From Ktedonobacteraceae bacterium (GTDB lineage Bacteria > Chloroflexota > Ktedonobacteria > Ktedonobacterales > Ktedonobacteraceae): a stretch of DNA of 64,000 nucleotides. Below are positions 62,220 through 64,000 of the stretch, piece by piece. The notes under the pieces are model-generated. The model was not told where the DNA came from. It saw nothing but the letters and a program-made list of their open reading frames with translations, and searched no databases. A program made the position numbers and the translations under genes. The stretch spans positions 31,908 through 95,907 of the forward strand of contig DAOTTD010000185.1 of the NCBI GenBank assembly GCA_034438015.1. The letters run 5' to 3'. Position 1 is the first letter of the stretch. Each line of letters begins with the position of its first letter.

Positions 62220-63878
62220 ATGCAAGCATTGGAAGAAGGGCAGAGATTCGAACGCTATCGCGTGCAGCGTCGCCTGGGAAGCAGTGTGTCGGGGGCAAGT
62301 TACGAGGCCGAAGACACACTTTTGCAGCGCAAAGTGACCCTCAAGTTGATTCATCCCTGGGCGACGTTACAGGATGCGGCGCGGCGCCAGTTCTTTCGCG
62401 AGATGCAGGGTATCGGCGAACTGACTCATCCCTGCCTGGCAGCCGTCCTTGATTATGGAGAAGTTGATGGGCGGCTCTACATTGCGCGTCGTTATGTCAC
62501 GCCCGGCTCGCTGCTTGGCGACGAGGGAAGATACTGGTTTCAGCCGCCGTTGGACATTTCGCGTGCCGTTCACTGCACTTATCAACTTGCAGAGGCACTC
62601 CAGTATATCCATAACAATGGATTTCTCCATGGGTCATTGACTTTCGCGAATATTCTGGTGTTATGTGGCATTGGAGAAGACAACGACCCATTCCTGATCG
62701 CGGACGTCGGCACGACCCACTTTGTGCGCCGCTTCGGCCAGCTTCAGAGTGCTGTATTGCCGATCACAGCAGCGCCCGAACAGTTCGGCCAGCGCGTGAT
62801 GCCCGCCAGCGATCAATACGCGCTGGCAGTTATACTCTATTTCTGGCTGACCGGGTGCCTGCCTTTCCTGGGGACGCCGGAAGAGATCGAGCAGCTCAAG
62901 CTGACTGAGAAGCTCACGACGCTCACCTCATTGAATCTCAATATACCTCTTGAGCTGGAAGGCGTGATCAGACGTGCGCTGCGCGTCTATCCTGAAGAAC
63001 GCTATCCATCCATCCTGGCGTTCGCCGACGCGCTTCAGGCGTCGATCGCGCGCCTGGTTCCAACATCGCCATTGCCTGTCGCTAAAAAGCAAACTGAAGT
63101 TGTCCCGCACAGCATAGAGGCGACTCCGGAGCCTGCGATGCTCGATATTGCCGAAAGCGAGCAGATTGAACAGATATCGATAGCTTACAATCCAGTAAAC
63201 GAACCCATATTTGCACCCGTCCAACAGAACGGCGAGGAGGTTCTCAAGTGGCACGAGAATGCCAATGGGGCCACTCGCCAGCACGCATGGACGCACGACC
63301 AGGTTTTTCGCGATAGCCCGACATCGATCCTTGAACTCCTTTCCATGGGCGTGCTACCGCCTGAGCCGGTCCTGCGAGTAGATCAACCGACGCAACCAGC
63401 GCAGCCAATCATACCAGAGCCATCGGCACAACCCGAGACGCCAGTGGAGCCTGCACAAAATAGCGCGTCGTCGCTTTATCAAGATGTGGAAGAGGGCGAG
63501 GCAGAACTCGCTGTCGAGGAGGCATCAGGTCCACTACAGGCAAGCTTCGTCATCACATCGGTCTATATCGAGAGCTCGCAGGAGGTTGTTATAGAGCGCG
63601 CAGAAACAACGCTTGGCCGGGCAGGTTCAAGCGATATTCTGCTGGACCAGGGCGTCCTCACGTCGCGCCACCACGCGCTGCTGAAACAGGAGGGCGATCA
63701 CTACTTCATCTACGATCAGCGCAGCGCCAACGGAGTTATGGTCAACGGTGAGAAGATCGTCGACGAAACGGCGTATGAGATTAAAGATGGCGACCATATC
63801 GTTATTGGTGAATATGAGCTGGTCTTCCACCTCAAGCCGTCCAGCCAGGATGCCGCTGGTGCCCTCTATATCAGTTGA
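62220..63878 (+). CDS. Ser/Thr protein kinase-like (predicted pseudokinase) fused to a C-terminal FHA domain
   Basis: Kinase fold motifs present (VTLK, E in FFREM, DVG, APE), but the HRDLKPxN catalytic loop reads HGSLTFAN. FHA signature: LGRAGSSDILL...SRHHA...SANGVMVNG. Confidence 0.85.
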   Translation: MQALEEGQRFERYRVQRRLGSSVSGASYEAEDTLLQRKVTLKLIHPWATLQDAARRQFFREMQGIGELTHPCLAAVLDYGEVDGRLYIARRYVTPGSLLGDEGRYWFQPPLDISRAVHCTYQLAEALQYIHNNGFLHGSLTFANILVLCGIGEDNDPFLIADVGTTHFVRRFGQLQSAVLPITAAPEQFGQRVMPASDQYALAVILYFWLTGCLPFLGTPEEIEQLKLTEKLTTLTSLNLNIPLELEGVIRRALRVYPEERYPSILAFADALQASIARLVPTSPLPVAKKQTEVVPHSIEATPEPAMLDIAESEQIEQISIAYNPVNEPIFAPVQQNGEEVLKWHENANGATRQHAWTHDQVFRDSPTSILELLSMGVLPPEPVLRVDQPTQPAQPIIPEPSAQPETPVEPAQNSASSLYQDVEEGEAELAVEEASGPLQASFVITSVYIESSQEVVIERAETTLGRAGSSDILLDQGVLTSRHHALLKQEGDHYFIYDQRSANGVMVNGEKIVDETAYEIKDGDHIVIGEYELVFHLKPSSQDAAGALYIS

Positions 63879-64000
63879 GAGAAATAGTTTCATGAAAGCT
63901 ACTTTCTACTCTTCTATCCCCTCTGCCAACGGGACAGCTTAGTTGACGGTGGCCTGACCAGGACCGCCAGCGGCGTGGCAGATATCGATGGTCGCCTGGC

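Noticed and set aside
1-64000. CRISPR arrays, rRNA, tRNA, tmRNA and RNase P RNA
   Set aside because: No regularly spaced direct repeats and none of the conserved core sequences (for example GGUUCGAAUCC-type T-arms in a cloverleaf context, or GAGGAAAGUCC) were seen. An automated scan (tRNAscan-SE, Infernal, minced) would still be needed to exclude them formally.

Overview
High-GC bacterial chromosome segment, about 60 protein genes. No rRNA, tRNA or CRISPR array was found. All family calls come from motifs read by eye, not from database searches. The gene content (group 1h [NiFe]-hydrogenase, many GT-C membrane glycosyltransferases, TnpB elements) fits a Chloroflexota/Ktedonobacteria-like organism, but that is only an inference.

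Layout:
- 1-1.7 kb: intact IS200/IS605 element (tnpA + tnpB).
- 1.7-10.2 kb: housekeeping and accessory genes, including an orphan beta-class DNA methyltransferase, an IMPase, an L,D-transpeptidase, a 67-aa PHD-finger-like Cys-rich ORF, DUF72 and a KdpD-type kinase.
- 10.2-13.95 kb: markedly AT-rich island. It holds an XRE-HTH::Nudix-like fusion, a small HTH protein, a consensus promoter with a 300-nt structured leader, an acidic ORF, and a solo non-canonical TnpB.
- 13.95-17.1 kb: copper homeostasis cluster (csoR-copZ, BNR protein, copC, ytkA-like).
- 17.6-19.5 kb: NarL-type two-component system.
- 20-23.6 kb: ECF transporter operon.
- 23.9-33 kb: UvrD-like helicase, LysR regulator, valS behind a T-box leader (GUG specifier), and a sigma-70 factor.
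- 33.2-36.4 kb and 54.2-59.9 kb: GT-C glycosyltransferase paralogs flanking the central region.
- 36.8-51.4 kb: complete group 1h (high-affinity) [NiFe]-hydrogenase island (hhySL, conserved unknowns, maturation protease, hypABFCDE, duplicated SIS/HypC-like modules).
- 51.6-54.1 kb: transposase remnant followed by adk-icd.
- 60.2-63.9 kb: best candidate for an uncharacterised system. It is an AT-richer three-gene operon (TRPM-like SLOG/LSDAT protein plus two SLATT-type 2-TM proteins), next to a pseudokinase-FHA protein.
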